Source: an uncultured Gemmatimonadaceae bacterium
GTDB lineage: Bacteria; Gemmatimonadota; Gemmatimonadetes; Gemmatimonadales; Gemmatimonadaceae
NCBI GenBank assembly: GCA_963822945.1
Contig: CAWGJO010000020.1
Location: forward strand, 448,001 to 512,000
DNA: 64,000 nucleotides
Direction: 5' to 3'
The position numbers were made by a program, and so were the translations under genes. The notes beneath the pieces are model-generated. The model saw only the letters and a program-made list of their open reading frames with translations, was not told the origin of the DNA and did not search any database. Shown in pieces: positions 49,605-60,790 of the stretch; position 1 is the first letter of the stretch; the number at the start of each line of letters is the position of its first letter.

Positions 49605-50690
49605 TCAGCGCATGGAGCGAATCACGGCCGCCATCACGTCGAGCAACACCTCGAGTCCGGCCACCGTGTGATCTCCCATGTGTCCGATGCGTACCGCGGA
49701 CCGCCGGAGCTCGCCATGCCCCGCCCCGATCACGAAGCCGCGTTCGTTCAGCATGCGGACCACCCGCTCCGGCTGGTCGCACAGGATGCAGGTGACGGTC
49801 GGCGATCGTTCTCCCTCGGCGGCCAGAATCTCGAGCGAATGCTCGCCGTTGCCTTCCACCTGGACCCAGTCCCAGCAGGTGCGCGCCATCTGCGCGTGGC
49901 GGGCGAAGCGCACCGGCAGCCCCTCGAACTCGATGTCGGACAGCTGCTGATCGAGGGCGAACAACAGCGAGATGGCGGGCGTGGTCGGACTCTGCGACTT
50001 GTGCCAGAACTCGTCGTACCGCACCAGATCCAGAGCAAAGCCACAGTCGAACAGCGTGCGCGCCCGATTGAGCAGCCGCTCCGAAGCGGCCACGAACGCC
50101 AGCCCCGGCGGCAGCGCCAGCGCCTTCTGTGAGCCGGTGAAGACGAGATCGGCGCCCCAGGCATCCATCTCGATCGGCATCGCCCCGACGCTCGTGACGG
50201 CGTCCACGAGCAGCATCGCGTTCGACGACTCGCGCACCACCCGGGCAATGCTCGCCACGTCGCTCAGCGCGCCGGTCGACGTCTCGGAATGGACGACGGT
50301 GACCGTGTCGTAGTTCCCGGCCTCGAGCGCCAGGCGCACCTGCTCCGGCGACACCACCTGGCCGGGTTCGGCGATCACCCGCGTCACCTCGCGGCCGGTG
50401 AGCTCGGCGATTTCGGCGAACCGCTCGCCGAATGCCCCGCACACCAGCGCGAGCACGCGTTCGATGCTCCCGCATCGCACGGCCATCTCCATCGCCGACG
50501 TCGAGGAACCGGTGAGCACGTACACCGGGCGCGTGGTGCCGAACATCGGCTGCAGCCGGGCATGGACCGTCTGCATGAGCAGTTCCATGGCGGCGCTGCG
50601 GTGCGGAATCATGGGATGCCGCATCGCATCGAGTACTTCGGGCCGCACTTCGGTGGGCCCCGGAAGGAAGAATCGTTCGTCGGACATCAT
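49605..50690 (-). CDS. Class V PLP enzyme (alanine-glyoxylate/serine-pyruvate aminotransferase-like)
   Basis: LPGPTEV, HSETSTG, VDAVTS, GSQKALALPPG and RIGHMG motifs. Confidence 0.9.
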   Translation of the reverse strand: MMSDERFFLPGPTEVRPEVLDAMRHPMIPHRSAAMELLMQTVHARLQPMFGTTRPVYVLTGSSTSAMEMAVRCGSIERVLALVCGAFGERFAEIAELTGREVTRVIAEPGQVVSPEQVRLALEAGNYDTVTVVHSETSTGALSDVASIARVVRESSNAMLLVDAVTSVGAMPIEMDAWGADLVFTGSQKALALPPGLAFVAASERLLNRARTLFDCGFALDLVRYDEFWHKSQSPTTPAISLLFALDQQLSDIEFEGLPVRFARHAQMARTCWDWVQVEGNGEHSLEILAAEGERSPTVTCILCDQPERVVRMLNERGFVIGAGHGELRRSAVRIGHMGDHTVAGLEVLLDVMAAVIRSMR

Positions 50691-50997
50691 CGCACCGACG
50701 CGGGGTTGAAGGGACGTTCGCAGGCGGCACGGAGCGCGCGCACGGTCGCGGGCACGCCCATCGCGATCGGCGCCGCCCACACCATCAGTCGCTCGTTACC
50801 GGGAGGGCTGTAAATGTAGTGCCGTTCGCCGGGTTCGCGCACGGGCGAGATGCGCGCGCACGTTCGCATCGAGCGCGCGGCACCACCGGATCCACCGCCG
50901 GTTGTGGCCCCGCCGCCACAACCGATGCCTCGACCGCTCGCCTGCGTCGTCCCCGGCGCTGATGCACGTCGACCGAATCCCGACGCGCCGGGTCGGC

Positions 50998-52224
50998 TCA
51001 TTTGGGAATCACGAGCGTACCCGACATGGCGCGGCCCTTCGGCCGCTGGTCGTGGGTGTACATGTAGGCGAACGGCTCCATCCGCGCGCCCTTGTCGTCG
51101 CAGACCGCAAACGACACGGGGTGGTCGGGGTTGGCGCCCTGGTAGGCCATCGCCGCCCCGTACTCGCCCTTCTTGTTCACGGCGTAGTACTGCAGGTCGA
51201 AGTACGGCCGGCCGTGCTCGTCGAGCAGGCGCTTTTCGGTCATCGCGATCACCCGCTCCATGACCTTCATGCACGCCGCCTGCGGCGACATGCCCTGCCG
51301 CATGAACTCCACGGCGAGGAACGCGCCGCACACCTTGATGTTCGCCTCGCCGCGGCCCGTCGAGCCCGCGGCACCCACTTCGTTGTCGCAGTACTGCCCG
51401 GCGCCGATGATCGGCGAGTCGCCCACCCGGCCGGGAATCTTCCACGACAGCCCGCTCGTCGTCGTCACCGACGCGATGTCCCCGTTCGCGGTCACCGCGT
51501 TCATGTTGATCGTGCCGTACGTGTGCGGCACGCCGTTCGCGTCGTGGAACACGTGCAGCGACTGGCGCAGCGTCTCGTCTTCGTGGTTGCCCCCGCCCCC
51601 GCCCCCGCTCGACGGACGCCGCGGCGGCAGGTTCAGCCAGTTGTCGTCCGGATTCAGGTCGGCCTTCCACCGCAGGAACGCGCGGCGGCTGGCGTCGGTG
51701 AGCAGGTTCTGGGGTTTGAAGCCCATCTCGACCGCGAACCGCTTGGCCCCCTCGCCCACCAGGAAGATGTGATCGGTGAAGTCCATCACCGCCTTGGCCA
51801 CGGCCGCGGCGTCGACGATGTCTTCCAGACAGCCCACGGCGCCGGCGCGCTTGGTGGGCCCGTGCATGCACGAAGCGTCCAACTGCACCACGCCGTCCTC
51901 GTTGGGAAGTCCGCCGAGCCCCACCGACTGATCGTTGGGATTCCGCTCCACGATGTTCACGCCGGCCACGATCGCGTCCAGCGGATCGGCGCCGCTCGTC
52001 AGCAGGTCCCACGCCACCTTGATCCCCTGCTTGCCGTCGGGATCCTTCTCCATCCCGTTGCCCGCCGAGATGATCACCGGCCGGGACGCCGGACGCGCCG
52101 GCGCCGGCTTCGACCGATCGACGATCGACGAAATCACGGGCTCGGCGCCGGCAAGACGCGGAAGGGCAAGGCCTGCCGCCGCTGCGGCACCCGCACCAAG
52201 GAAATCACGACGGGAAATCGACAC
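50998..52224 (-). CDS. Tat-exported glycosylasparaginase/asparaginase-2 Ntn hydrolase
   Basis: SRRDFL Tat motif, SVGLGG, G-T-I nucleophile, GRVGDSPIIGAG and TGRGE; GTG start with GGAGGA. Confidence 0.9.
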   Translation of the reverse strand: MSISRRDFLGAGAAAAAGLALPRLAGAEPVISSIVDRSKPAPARPASRPVIISAGNGMEKDPDGKQGIKVAWDLLTSGADPLDAIVAGVNIVERNPNDQSVGLGGLPNEDGVVQLDASCMHGPTKRAGAVGCLEDIVDAAAVAKAVMDFTDHIFLVGEGAKRFAVEMGFKPQNLLTDASRRAFLRWKADLNPDDNWLNLPPRRPSSGGGGGGNHEDETLRQSLHVFHDANGVPHTYGTINMNAVTANGDIASVTTTSGLSWKIPGRVGDSPIIGAGQYCDNEVGAAGSTGRGEANIKVCGAFLAVEFMRQGMSPQAACMKVMERVIAMTEKRLLDEHGRPYFDLQYYAVNKKGEYGAAMAYQGANPDHPVSFAVCDDKGARMEPFAYMYTHDQRPKGRAMSGTLVIPK

Positions 52225-52460
52225 GAGTCTTCCTCCGGAAATGGACGTGGGGCTGGGCAATCTTACGACTTTTGCCCGGGGGAGACGAGAGCAAGGTTCT
52301 GCATTCGGCGCGCACCGATCCCGCAATCTTCGCCGAACGATGCGTTGCGAACCTTTTCCGGGAAGTTCAGGTTGTGAATCGTGGGGTCCGCAACGCCGGG
52401 GGCCCGCGAACGACGATCGTCGCGCCCACGGCGCGCCGGCCGCAATGGATGGGAGACACC

Positions 52461-53773
52461 ATGTTGTTGACCGGAACACCGCGCCGTACCGCCGAGTCGT
52501 GCCGGGTCATGCTCGAGGACGCCCGCCAACGCACCCTCGCGCTCGTCGCCCCGCTCGGCGACGCCGACCTGCGCATGCAACACGACCCGCTCATGAGCCC
52601 CATCCTCTGGGACCTGGGCCACATCGCCAGCTTCGAGGAGCTGTGGCTCACGCGCAACATCGACGGCGATATCCGGTTCGTGGAGATGCCCGGTCTGTAC
52701 AACCCGTTCGAGCATCCGCGCGCCACCCGCGCCGCGCTGCCGCTGCCCACGCTCGCCGGCGTGCTTCAACTGCTGGCCGACGTTCGGGAGCGCGCGCTCG
52801 AACGGCTGGCGCTCCTGGAGCTCGACGACGCCAACCCGCTGCTCCGTGACGGCTACGTGTACAGCATGGTCGCGCAGCACGAGTACCAGCACAACGAAAC
52901 GATTCTCCAGACGCTGCAGCTCAAGCGCGGTGAACCCTATCGCGCCCCGCGCGCCTGGCAGCCGCCCACGGCCGCGCGGCCCATTGCCGCCGGTGCGATG
53001 GTGCGCATTCCGGGCGGCGAGGTGGCCATCGGCACCGACGACCGCGCCGACGCGTACGACAACGAGCGCCCGCAGCACGTCACCACGCTCGCGCCGTTCG
53101 AGATCGACGTGGCGCCGGTGACCAACGCGGAGTACGCCGCCTTCATTGCCGACGGCGGATACGGGCGCGACGAATTCTGGAGCCCCGCCGGACTGGCCTG
53201 GCGCGACGAGTCCCGCGCCCAGGCGCCCAAGTATTGGACGCGCGACGGCAACGCGTGGGCCACGCGGTTCATGGACCGCACCGTGGCCCTGCCGGCCGAC
53301 CACCCGGTGTGCCACGTCTGCTGCTACGAGGCGGAGGCCTTCGCCCGCTGGGCCGGCAAGCGGCTGCCCACCGAGGCCGAGTGGGAGAAGGCGGCGGCAT
53401 AGGACTCCCGCGGCGGCAAGCGCGCGCAGCCGTGGGGGGACGAGCGCCGGCACGCGAGCGCGCGAACCTGGACCAGGCGCCACGGCACGGCCCCGCGTCG
53501 GGAGCTATCCCGCCGGCGACTTCGCCCGTGCGGCTGCCGTCGGCATGATCGGAGACGTCTGGGAGTGGACGGCGTCCGACTTCTCCCCTGGCCCGGCTTC
53601 CAGGCCTTCCCGTACCCCGAATATTCCGAGGTCTTCTTCGGCACGAATACAAGGTTCTGCGCGGCGGCTCCTGGGCCACCCGGCCCGGCGCCATCCGCAA
53701 CACCTTCCGCAACTGGGACTACCCGATCCGCCGCCAGATCTTCAGCGGCTTCCGGTGCGCGCGCGATGGCTAG
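52461..53773 (+). CDS. egtB: Ergothioneine sulfoxide synthase EgtB (mycobacterial type); 3' part disrupted by TAG at 53400 and indels
   Basis: PLMSPILWDLGH, HPRATR, QHEYQH and RLPTEAEWEKAA; later frames give GDVWEWT, YPEYSEVFF and RNWDYPIRRQIFSGFR. Confidence 0.9.
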
Positions 53774-54756
53774 ATCCCTCTCGACTCCTCGCCGCGATCC
53801 GCCGCGCTCGGCCATGCTGCGCGACGTGGCCGCGCGGCCTCCGCGCGCCGCAGAAGGAGCTGCCGCCCAAATAGTTCTACGATCATCGCGGGTCGCGGCT
53901 CTTCGAGCGAGATCACCCGCCTGCCCGAGTACTACCTGACGCGCGCCGAGCGGGCGATTCTCGAGCCGGGACGCCCGCGACATGCGCGCGCCGCAGCCCG
54001 GCCAGACGCTCGTCGAGCTCGGGGCGGGAAGCGCCGGAGAAGACGCGCCTGATCCTCGACGCCATGCGGGATGCCGCCGGCCTCCGGGCGCTCCTACGTC
54101 CCGCTCGACGTCAGCGCCGACGTTCCGGCCGACAGCCGCCACCCGGCTTCGCGCTCGAGTACCCCGGGCTCGGCGTCACGCCCGTGGTCGCCGACTTCAC
54201 CGATCGCATTCCCCTGCCCACGATGCTCCCCCGGCCGCGCTCATGGCCTTCCTCGGCAGCACCATCGGCAACTTCGACCCGGGCGGAAGCCGTGCGGCTG
54301 CCTGCGGCGCACGCGCGCCGCGCTCGGCCGGCGGTGACCGCCTGATCCTCGGCGTCGACCTGCGCAAGGACGTCGCGCAGGCTCGAGGCGGCCTACGACG
54401 ACGCCGCCGGCGTGACCGCCGAGTTCAACCGCAACATGCTCCCGTGCTCAACCGCGAACTCGGCGCCGACTTCGATCCGGACGGCGTTCGAGCACGAAGC
54501 ACGCTACAACGGCACCGAGCATCGGATCGAGATGCACCTCGTGGCGCGCACACCGCAGGCCGTGCGAATTCCCGGCGCGGGCGTGTTCCGGTTCGCGCGC
54601 GGCGAGTCGGTGCGCACGGAGGTGAGCTGCAAGTACGATCGGCCGGCGCTGGAAGCGATGTTCGCACTTGCCGGATTCCGCATCGAGACGTGGCTCACCG
54701 ATCCCGCGGGCGATTTCTCGCTCGTCGTCGCCGCTCCGCTTTCGGACGACGCGTGA
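53766..54756 (+). CDS. egtD: Histidine trimethyltransferase EgtD, multiply frameshifted as given
   Basis: Fragments KELPPK*FYD, ITRLPEYYLTRAE, LVELGAGS, FLGSTIGNF, AYDDAAGVTAEFN, RIEMHL and TEVSCKY across frames. Confidence 0.88.
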
Positions 54757-55967
54757 CGCTGACGCGGGTCGACCTGCGCGACGCCGTTGCGCAGGCGTTC
54801 GGCATCGGCGCCGAACCGGGTCCACCGCGCCTGGGGCTCGAGGTCGAGGTCATCCCGTTCGACCGGGCGACCGGCCGCCAAGCGCCGATCCACCGATCCC
54901 TCCGCGCGCTGGAGACGCTCGGCTGGACGGCGCGCCCGTGTGCCAAGTCGGGGATGACCGAACTCCACCGCCCCGACGGCGCCCGCCTCACCTTCGAGCC
55001 CGGTGGGCAGATCGAGTACAGTACCATGCCGCACGACTCCGGCAGCACGCTCCTGGCCGACGTGGACGACGCCTTCGCGCACATCGGCCGCGCGCTCGAG
55101 GCCGCCGGGCTCGGAATGCGCAGCGTGGGACTCGATCCGGTCACGCCCATCGGCGCCGTGCCATTGCAGCTCGACGCCCCCCGCTACCGCCGCATGGACG
55201 CTCACTTCGCCGCCATCGGTCCATCGGGTCGCCGCATGATGCGCCAGACGGCCGCCATGCAGTTGAGCATCGACCTCGGGCCGCAGCCGCTCGCGCGCTG
55301 GCGCCTTCTGGGCGCGCTCGCCCCGGTGGTTGCCGCCGCGTTCGGCAACTCCCCCGTGGACGGCGGCGTGCGCACCGGCGAACGCAGCATCCGCCGGCGC
55401 ATCTGGGCCGATCTCGACCCCGCGCGCACCGGTCTCCCCGCGCTCGGCCCCGATCCCGTGACCGAGTATCTGGAGTTCGCGCTCGCCGCGCCCGCGTTCC
55501 TGCTGGGCGACGACCCGTCGTGCGCCGAGCCGTTCGCGGCCTGGGTGCCGCGCGGCGCGACGCGTGACGACTGGCAGGCGCACCTGAGCACCCTGTTCCC
55601 CGACGTGCGCCCCCGCGGATACTTCGAGTTCCGCGTCGCCGACGCCTGCGACGGCGATGCCGTCGCGGCGCTGGTGGCGCTCGTGGGCGGCCTCGCGTGG
55701 CATGTGTCGTCCGGCGCGGTCGCGCTCGCCCAACTCCCGGCCCCCGATGCCGGGTTGATGGCCCGGGCCGGACGCGAGGGGTTGGCCGATCCCGAACTCG
55801 CGCGGGCCGCCTGCTTCGCCACCGATCTGGCGCTCTCCGCCTGCGTGGCACTGGAACCGTCGCTCCTCAGCGACGATGACATAGACCGCGCGGATCGCTT
55901 CTTCAGCACGTACACGCGCGCCGGCCGCTCACCCGCCGACGATCTGCCGACGCCGGTCGCGGCGTGA
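54753..55967 (+). CDS. egtA: Glutamate--cysteine ligase (EgtA/GCS2)
   Basis: LGLEVE, TFEPGGQIEYS, MMRQTAAMQ, HLSTLFPDVRPRGYFEFR; GTGA overlap with egtD. Confidence 0.9.
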   Translation: MTLTRVDLRDAVAQAFGIGAEPGPPRLGLEVEVIPFDRATGRQAPIHRSLRALETLGWTARPCAKSGMTELHRPDGARLTFEPGGQIEYSTMPHDSGSTLLADVDDAFAHIGRALEAAGLGMRSVGLDPVTPIGAVPLQLDAPRYRRMDAHFAAIGPSGRRMMRQTAAMQLSIDLGPQPLARWRLLGALAPVVAAAFGNSPVDGGVRTGERSIRRRIWADLDPARTGLPALGPDPVTEYLEFALAAPAFLLGDDPSCAEPFAAWVPRGATRDDWQAHLSTLFPDVRPRGYFEFRVADACDGDAVAALVALVGGLAWHVSSGAVALAQLPAPDAGLMARAGREGLADPELARAACFATDLALSACVALEPSLLSDDDIDRADRFFSTYTRAGRSPADDLPTPVAA

Positions 55968-56731
55968 TCCCGGCGGACGCCGTGCCCGTGACGTCCGGCG
56001 GCGCCGCCCTCGCCGCGGTGACGGTGACCAAACGCTTCGGAAGCGTCACGGCGCTCGATGGCGTCTCGATCGCCGCCGCGCCTGGTGAGACCGTCGCGCT
56101 CGTGGGCGAGAGCGGATCGGGCAAGACCACGCTGCTGCGCTGCTTCAACGCGCTTACCGTTCCCGACGCCGGCCGGGTGCTCGTGGACGGTGCCGATGTC
56201 GCCGCCGCCGATCCGGTGCTCCTGCGCCGCCGCATCGGCTACGTGCAGCAGGACGGCGGACTCCTCCCCCACTGGACCGTGCAGCGGAACGTGGAACTGG
56301 TGCCCCGCCTGCGTCGTATGCCCGACAATGCCGCGCGCGCAGCCGCCGCGCTCGAGTTGGTGGGCCTCGACCCGGGGGAATTCGCCGCGCGCTGGCCACG
56401 CGAACTCTCCGGCGGGCAGCGGCAGCGGGTCGCCATCGCGCGGGCGCTCGCTGCGCACCCGGACGCCGTGCTGCTGGATGAACCGTTCGGGGCGCTCGAC
56501 GCCATCACGCGCGGCGAACTGCGCGAAGCCTTCGCCGAACTGCGTGGGCGCCTTCGCCTGACCACGCTCATCGTCACCCACGACCTGTCCGAAGCGCTCG
56601 AGCTGGCCGACCGCATCGTGGTGCTCCGCCAGGGACGCGTGGAACAGACGGCCACGCCGGCGGAGGTGCTCTCCGCGCCGGCCAGCGCATACGTGGCCAC
56701 CCTGCTCGCGCGCGCCGGGGTGGGCGCATGA
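55964..56731 (+). CDS. ABC ATP-binding protein (OpuA/EgtV-like)
   Basis: GESGSGKT, LRRRIGYVQQ, LSGGQ and LDEPFGALD; GTGA overlap with egtA. Confidence 0.93.
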   Translation: MIPADAVPVTSGGAALAAVTVTKRFGSVTALDGVSIAAAPGETVALVGESGSGKTTLLRCFNALTVPDAGRVLVDGADVAAADPVLLRRRIGYVQQDGGLLPHWTVQRNVELVPRLRRMPDNAARAAAALELVGLDPGEFAARWPRELSGGQRQRVAIARALAAHPDAVLLDEPFGALDAITRGELREAFAELRGRLRLTTLIVTHDLSEALELADRIVVLRQGRVEQTATPAEVLSAPASAYVATLLARAGVGA

Positions 56732-58266
56732 CACGGCTCGCGCTGCTGCTGGCGCTGACCCTCCAGGCGGGCACGCGGGCGCCGCGGCCCGTAGTGGTGG
56801 GGTCCAAACCGTTCGGCGAGTCCTACCTGCTCGCCGAGATGTTCGCGCAACTGCTCGAGGCGCGCGGCATTCCCGTGCAGCGCCGGCTCGGCCTTGGCGC
56901 CACGGAGATCGCCTTTGCCGCCCTCCGGAAGGGCGCGATCGATGTCTACCCCGAGTACACGGGCACCGGACTCGTCGCCATTCTGCACGAACGCCCGACC
57001 GGCGACCGGGCGGCCGTCTACCGCGAGGTGGCGGCGCAGTTCCGCCGGCGCTGGGACGTCCGCTGGCTGCCCCCACTCGGGTTCGAGAACACCTATGCCA
57101 TCGCCGTCCGCCGCGCCACGGCCGACTCCTTCCACCTCGCCACGCTCAGCGACCTGGCGCGCGAGGCGCCGCATCTCCGCGCCGGCCTCTCGCCCGACTT
57201 CATCGGCCGCGACGACGGGCTGCCGGGTTTGGCCCACGCCTACGGAATGCGCTTCAGGGCCGTGCGCGCCCTGCTCCCGGCCGTGAAGTACCAGGCACTG
57301 GCCACCGGCGGCGTGGACGTGATCGACGGCTACTCCACCGACGGCCTCATCGCCCGGTACCACCTCGTGGTGCTCCGCGACGACCGCCACTTCTTCCCGC
57401 CGTACGAGGCCGCGCCGCTCGCTTCCGGCCGGCTGGCGGAGCGCGATCCCGCGGCCATTGCCGCGCTGGCCGAATTGGCCGACCGACTCGATGCCGCCAC
57501 CATGCGGCGGCTCAACGAACGCATGGAGGTGAACGGCGAGGCGGCGGCGACGGTGGCCCACGACGAACTCCGCGCCCTCGGCCTGCTGACCGCCGATTCC
57601 GCCGCCGCCGCACCCATGCCCCCGGGCGCCTCGTCGTCGTTCGTGCATTACCTGTGGACCCGTCGGACCACACTCGCCGCCGAGACGCGGCGGCACCTGA
57701 TGCTCGTCGTCGTGTCGCTCCTCGCCGCGATCCTCATCGCCGTCCCCCTCGGGCTGGGGCTGGAGCGCGCGCCGCGCGCCGCCGAGGGGGTGATCCGCCT
57801 GGTGGGGCTGCTGCAAACGGTGCCCGGCATCGCGCTGCTCGCGTTCATGCTTCCCCTGTTCGGCATCGGGGTGGCGCCGGCACTGGTGGCGCTCACGCTG
57901 TACTCCCTGCTCCCCATCCTGCGGAACACGTACACCGGGGTGCGTGACGCCGACCCCGGCGCCACGGGCGCCGCCCGGGCGCTGGGAATGACCCCCCGTC
58001 AGATCCTCCTTCAGGTCCGCCTGCCGCTGGCCGCTCCGGTCATCTTTGCGGGTATCCGCACCGCCGGCGTGATCGCCGTCGGTACCGCCACCCTGGCCGC
58101 GTTCATCGGGGCCGGCGGCCTCGGCGATCCCATCGTCGCCGGACTGGCGCTCAACGACAGCCGGATGGTGCTCTCCGGCGCGATTCCGGCGGCGCTCCTG
58201 GCGCTCATCGCCGATGGCGTCCTCGCGCTCGCCGAACGCGCGGCCGCTCCCCGTGGGCTGGGCTGA
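56728..58266 (+). CDS. Fused substrate-binding/permease subunit, quaternary-amine ABC family (EgtU-like)
   Basis: VGSKPFGE, YPEYTGT, FENTYA, YSTDG and FFPPY, followed by TMD with ARALGMT and FIGAGGLG. Confidence 0.9.
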   Translation: MTRLALLLALTLQAGTRAPRPVVVGSKPFGESYLLAEMFAQLLEARGIPVQRRLGLGATEIAFAALRKGAIDVYPEYTGTGLVAILHERPTGDRAAVYREVAAQFRRRWDVRWLPPLGFENTYAIAVRRATADSFHLATLSDLAREAPHLRAGLSPDFIGRDDGLPGLAHAYGMRFRAVRALLPAVKYQALATGGVDVIDGYSTDGLIARYHLVVLRDDRHFFPPYEAAPLASGRLAERDPAAIAALAELADRLDAATMRRLNERMEVNGEAAATVAHDELRALGLLTADSAAAAPMPPGASSSFVHYLWTRRTTLAAETRRHLMLVVVSLLAAILIAVPLGLGLERAPRAAEGVIRLVGLLQTVPGIALLAFMLPLFGIGVAPALVALTLYSLLPILRNTYTGVRDADPGATGAARALGMTPRQILLQVRLPLAAPVIFAGIRTAGVIAVGTATLAAFIGAGGLGDPIVAGLALNDSRMVLSGAIPAALLALIADGVLALAERAAAPRGLG

Positions 58267-58316
58267 CGCTCCACTCGCTACCACCCCCCCGGCACAGCGG
58301 GTAGCTTACGAGTCCT

Positions 58317-60190
<1,874 letters not shown>

Positions 60191-60225
60191 GGGCGACGGT
60201 TCATACCCTAGGTGGGTAAGACGTC

Positions 60226-60609
60226 ATGGCTGGATTGAAACTCGATGGTGCCGGACAGGCGAAGTTGAAGACGCTGGACGAGGCGACGGTCATGATCCAG
60301 CGCATCCATGGCCTGGTGGAGAAGTACGCGCTGGCGGTCAAGCGGCAGACGCCCACCGGCACCTTCTTCATGAATCTGAAGCGTCAGTTGCCGGCGCTCG
60401 GCGGCCTGTTGAAGGGACAGTTCGGGATGATCGCGGATCAGGTTTTCGCCATGACCCTGGCCATCACCCGCGGGTCGAGCGAGCCGAACCGGATCCGGCA
60501 GATGCGGGAAGGGGTGGCGCAGATCACCCAGGCCATCGACATCGCCACCAAGCACGTGATCCAGAAGCACACCGTTTCCGAGGAGCACGACGCAGCCCGC
60601 GCGGACTGA
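60226..60609 (+). CDS. Hypothetical helical protein (127 aa)
   Basis: Fills the intergenic gap with host-like codon usage; no motif recognised. Confidence 0.7.
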   Translation: MAGLKLDGAGQAKLKTLDEATVMIQRIHGLVEKYALAVKRQTPTGTFFMNLKRQLPALGGLLKGQFGMIADQVFAMTLAITRGSSEPNRIRQMREGVAQITQAIDIATKHVIQKHTVSEEHDAARAD

Positions 60610-60790
60610 CGGCCGGCGACCCGGAAACGCCTGTCGAACGGGCACTTGCGGCTTCCAGAATGCGGGACTTTCCCGACGCGAATTCTCTTGATTTAGGTAC
60701 GGGCAGCCGGTAGGTTGCCTTTGCTGTTTTTCGCCCGCGCGCGCTCTAGCCTCCCAGAGCGCTCATACCTCGCCGGTACAAGGAATCCGC

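Noticed and set aside
53400..53874. TAG recoding (Trp or pyrrolysine) in egtB/egtD
   Set aside because: TAG is the normal stop of many genes here (11086, 18380, 22712, 63906), and the same patch is full of indels.
52461..55967. Selenoneine or ovothiol pathway
   Set aside because: No SenB/SelD-like genes adjacent and no C-terminal methyltransferase on the sulfoxide synthase; egtD and egtA context fits ergothioneine.
60686..60700. FNR box before coxB
   Set aside because: Only the TTGAT half-site is present.
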